This document shows, piece by piece, positions 62,561-63,768 of a DNA stretch of 63,768 nucleotides (the stretch's first letter is position 1; each line of letters starts with the position of its first letter). This DNA comes from Selaginella moellendorffii (lineage: Eukaryota > Plantae > Lycopodiophyta): contig NW_003314311.1 of NCBI RefSeq assembly GCF_000143415.4, forward strand, positions 62,233 through 126,000, given 5' to 3'. Under the pieces are notes generated by a model. The model ran no database searches. It was not told where the DNA came from and saw nothing but the letters and a program-made list of their open reading frames with translations. A program made the position numbers and the translations under genes.

Positions 62561-63768
62561 AACTTTTCAGCCAAAAATACAAAATTATCCCACCTTTTCT
62601 CTATGACCTAATATTTGAAGTCAAAGTAAAAAAAAAAAACAAGTGAAATAAAATCCTTTCATGACTACTCTTTCCTTTATATATTTTATATTCATCCTAT
62701 TACCCATCCATCTTCATCTATCACAAACCTTATCTTCCACCACCTTTTTTAAAATGACTTGCTAGATAACTCTTATATTTAAACATACTTACAAAGATTT
62801 CTGCCACCATTTAAAAAAATGTTTTTTGTATAACCTAAGTATTCAATAATGGTCATCTAAATTTGCTACCTTTAATACACCAATATTTTATGATATTAAT
62901 AAAAAAACATAAAATATGATCTAAGGACTATATAAGGAAGAGCTCCTTATGACATAAAGCATTAGAGCATAGAGTGTAAAGTGATTCTAGTTTAAGTTTT
63001 CTCTTTTAGTTGTATAATGTTCTTTTCTTGAGTTTTAGTTCCTTGAAATTATAAAAATTAAGAGTTTATGGAAATCCCTTTCCTCTCTCTTTCTCTCAAA
63101 GCATGTAAAGATGATGCACTACTAGCCACTAGCTTTAGATACAACAACCTTGTAACAGCGTGAAAAAAAGTTGAAAAATCAATGGGATATTTGTTGACTC
63201 CTTCACCAAAATATTTACTTTCAATTACATCACTACTTTGCAAAATCTTTCCAAAAAAGCATACAACAAGGATTTCCATAAGTGGATATTGCCCAGTGAT
63301 CATGCAGAAAGCATCAATAGATCCTAGAGAGCATACAGTGAAGTACAATGTATCGATCATGAAGGAGATCATCTGAAGTCTTGTTGTAGAGAAATGAAGT
63401 TTAGAGTTTTCTTTCCTCCCTTATCATTTTTTGTATGGTGAATGTAAAAGTGTTTTGAGTTTTTTTCTCTTTTTTTTTTTCTTGAAAATCATGAAAAATG
63501 AGTGGTCAAGTGGAGTTTGATCAAGGTGTTATTTTAATCTGTTGTCCCCCACTAAATCAAAACTTGTGATTAAGTTTCTTTCATCTTTCCAAGGACTTAC
63601 AAGTGAGAGTTCTTTGCTCAATCTTTAAAAAGCCTCACTTCTTTATTGAGAGTAAGAAAGTCTTTGTTTTAGAATTATCTTAATTCCAACTTTATCAAAG
63701 ACTTTATGAGACAGCCTTTACTCTTTCAAGAGTCTTTGAATAAAAAAGGAGTGATTGAGAAAGTCCTC

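Noticed and set aside
63058-63372. 104-aa minus-strand ORF
   Set aside because: No recognisable domain; lies in AT-rich TE debris.

Overview
Eukaryotic land-plant nuclear DNA. The very short introns (about 45-100 nt), extreme gene compaction and SS-rich intronless PPR gene suggest a lycophyte such as Selaginella (inference). A gene-dense island (~10.2-49.2 kb) lies between two AT-rich blocks of decayed retrotransposons. Genes read by manual splicing: PLS-class PPR, N-terminal W-repeat + WD40 protein, TMEM42-like, cytochrome b561, RG-II xylosyltransferase (GT77), full-size ABCB transporter, FANCJ helicase, DUF7054-like, CutC, EFM4/METTL10 methyltransferase, PADRE/DUF4228, SMG9, methylesterase and GRDP/DUF1399. 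The right block holds a three-layer nest with intact target-site duplications: Copia, then Gypsy (TSD TTCCT), then a young solo LTR (TSD GGTAT). The strongest unexplained signals are (1) a ~470-nt, TATA-preceded, highly base-paired minus-strand non-coding element at ~45.06-45.53 kb, and (2) tandem genes joined by intron-filled spacers or almost no spacer (PPR>WD40>TMEM42, RGXT>CYB561, CutC>DUF7054), suggesting read-through or polycistronic units, together with frequent stop-proximal 3'UTR introns including in SMG9. All gene models and RNA helices were read by eye; no searches or folding were run.
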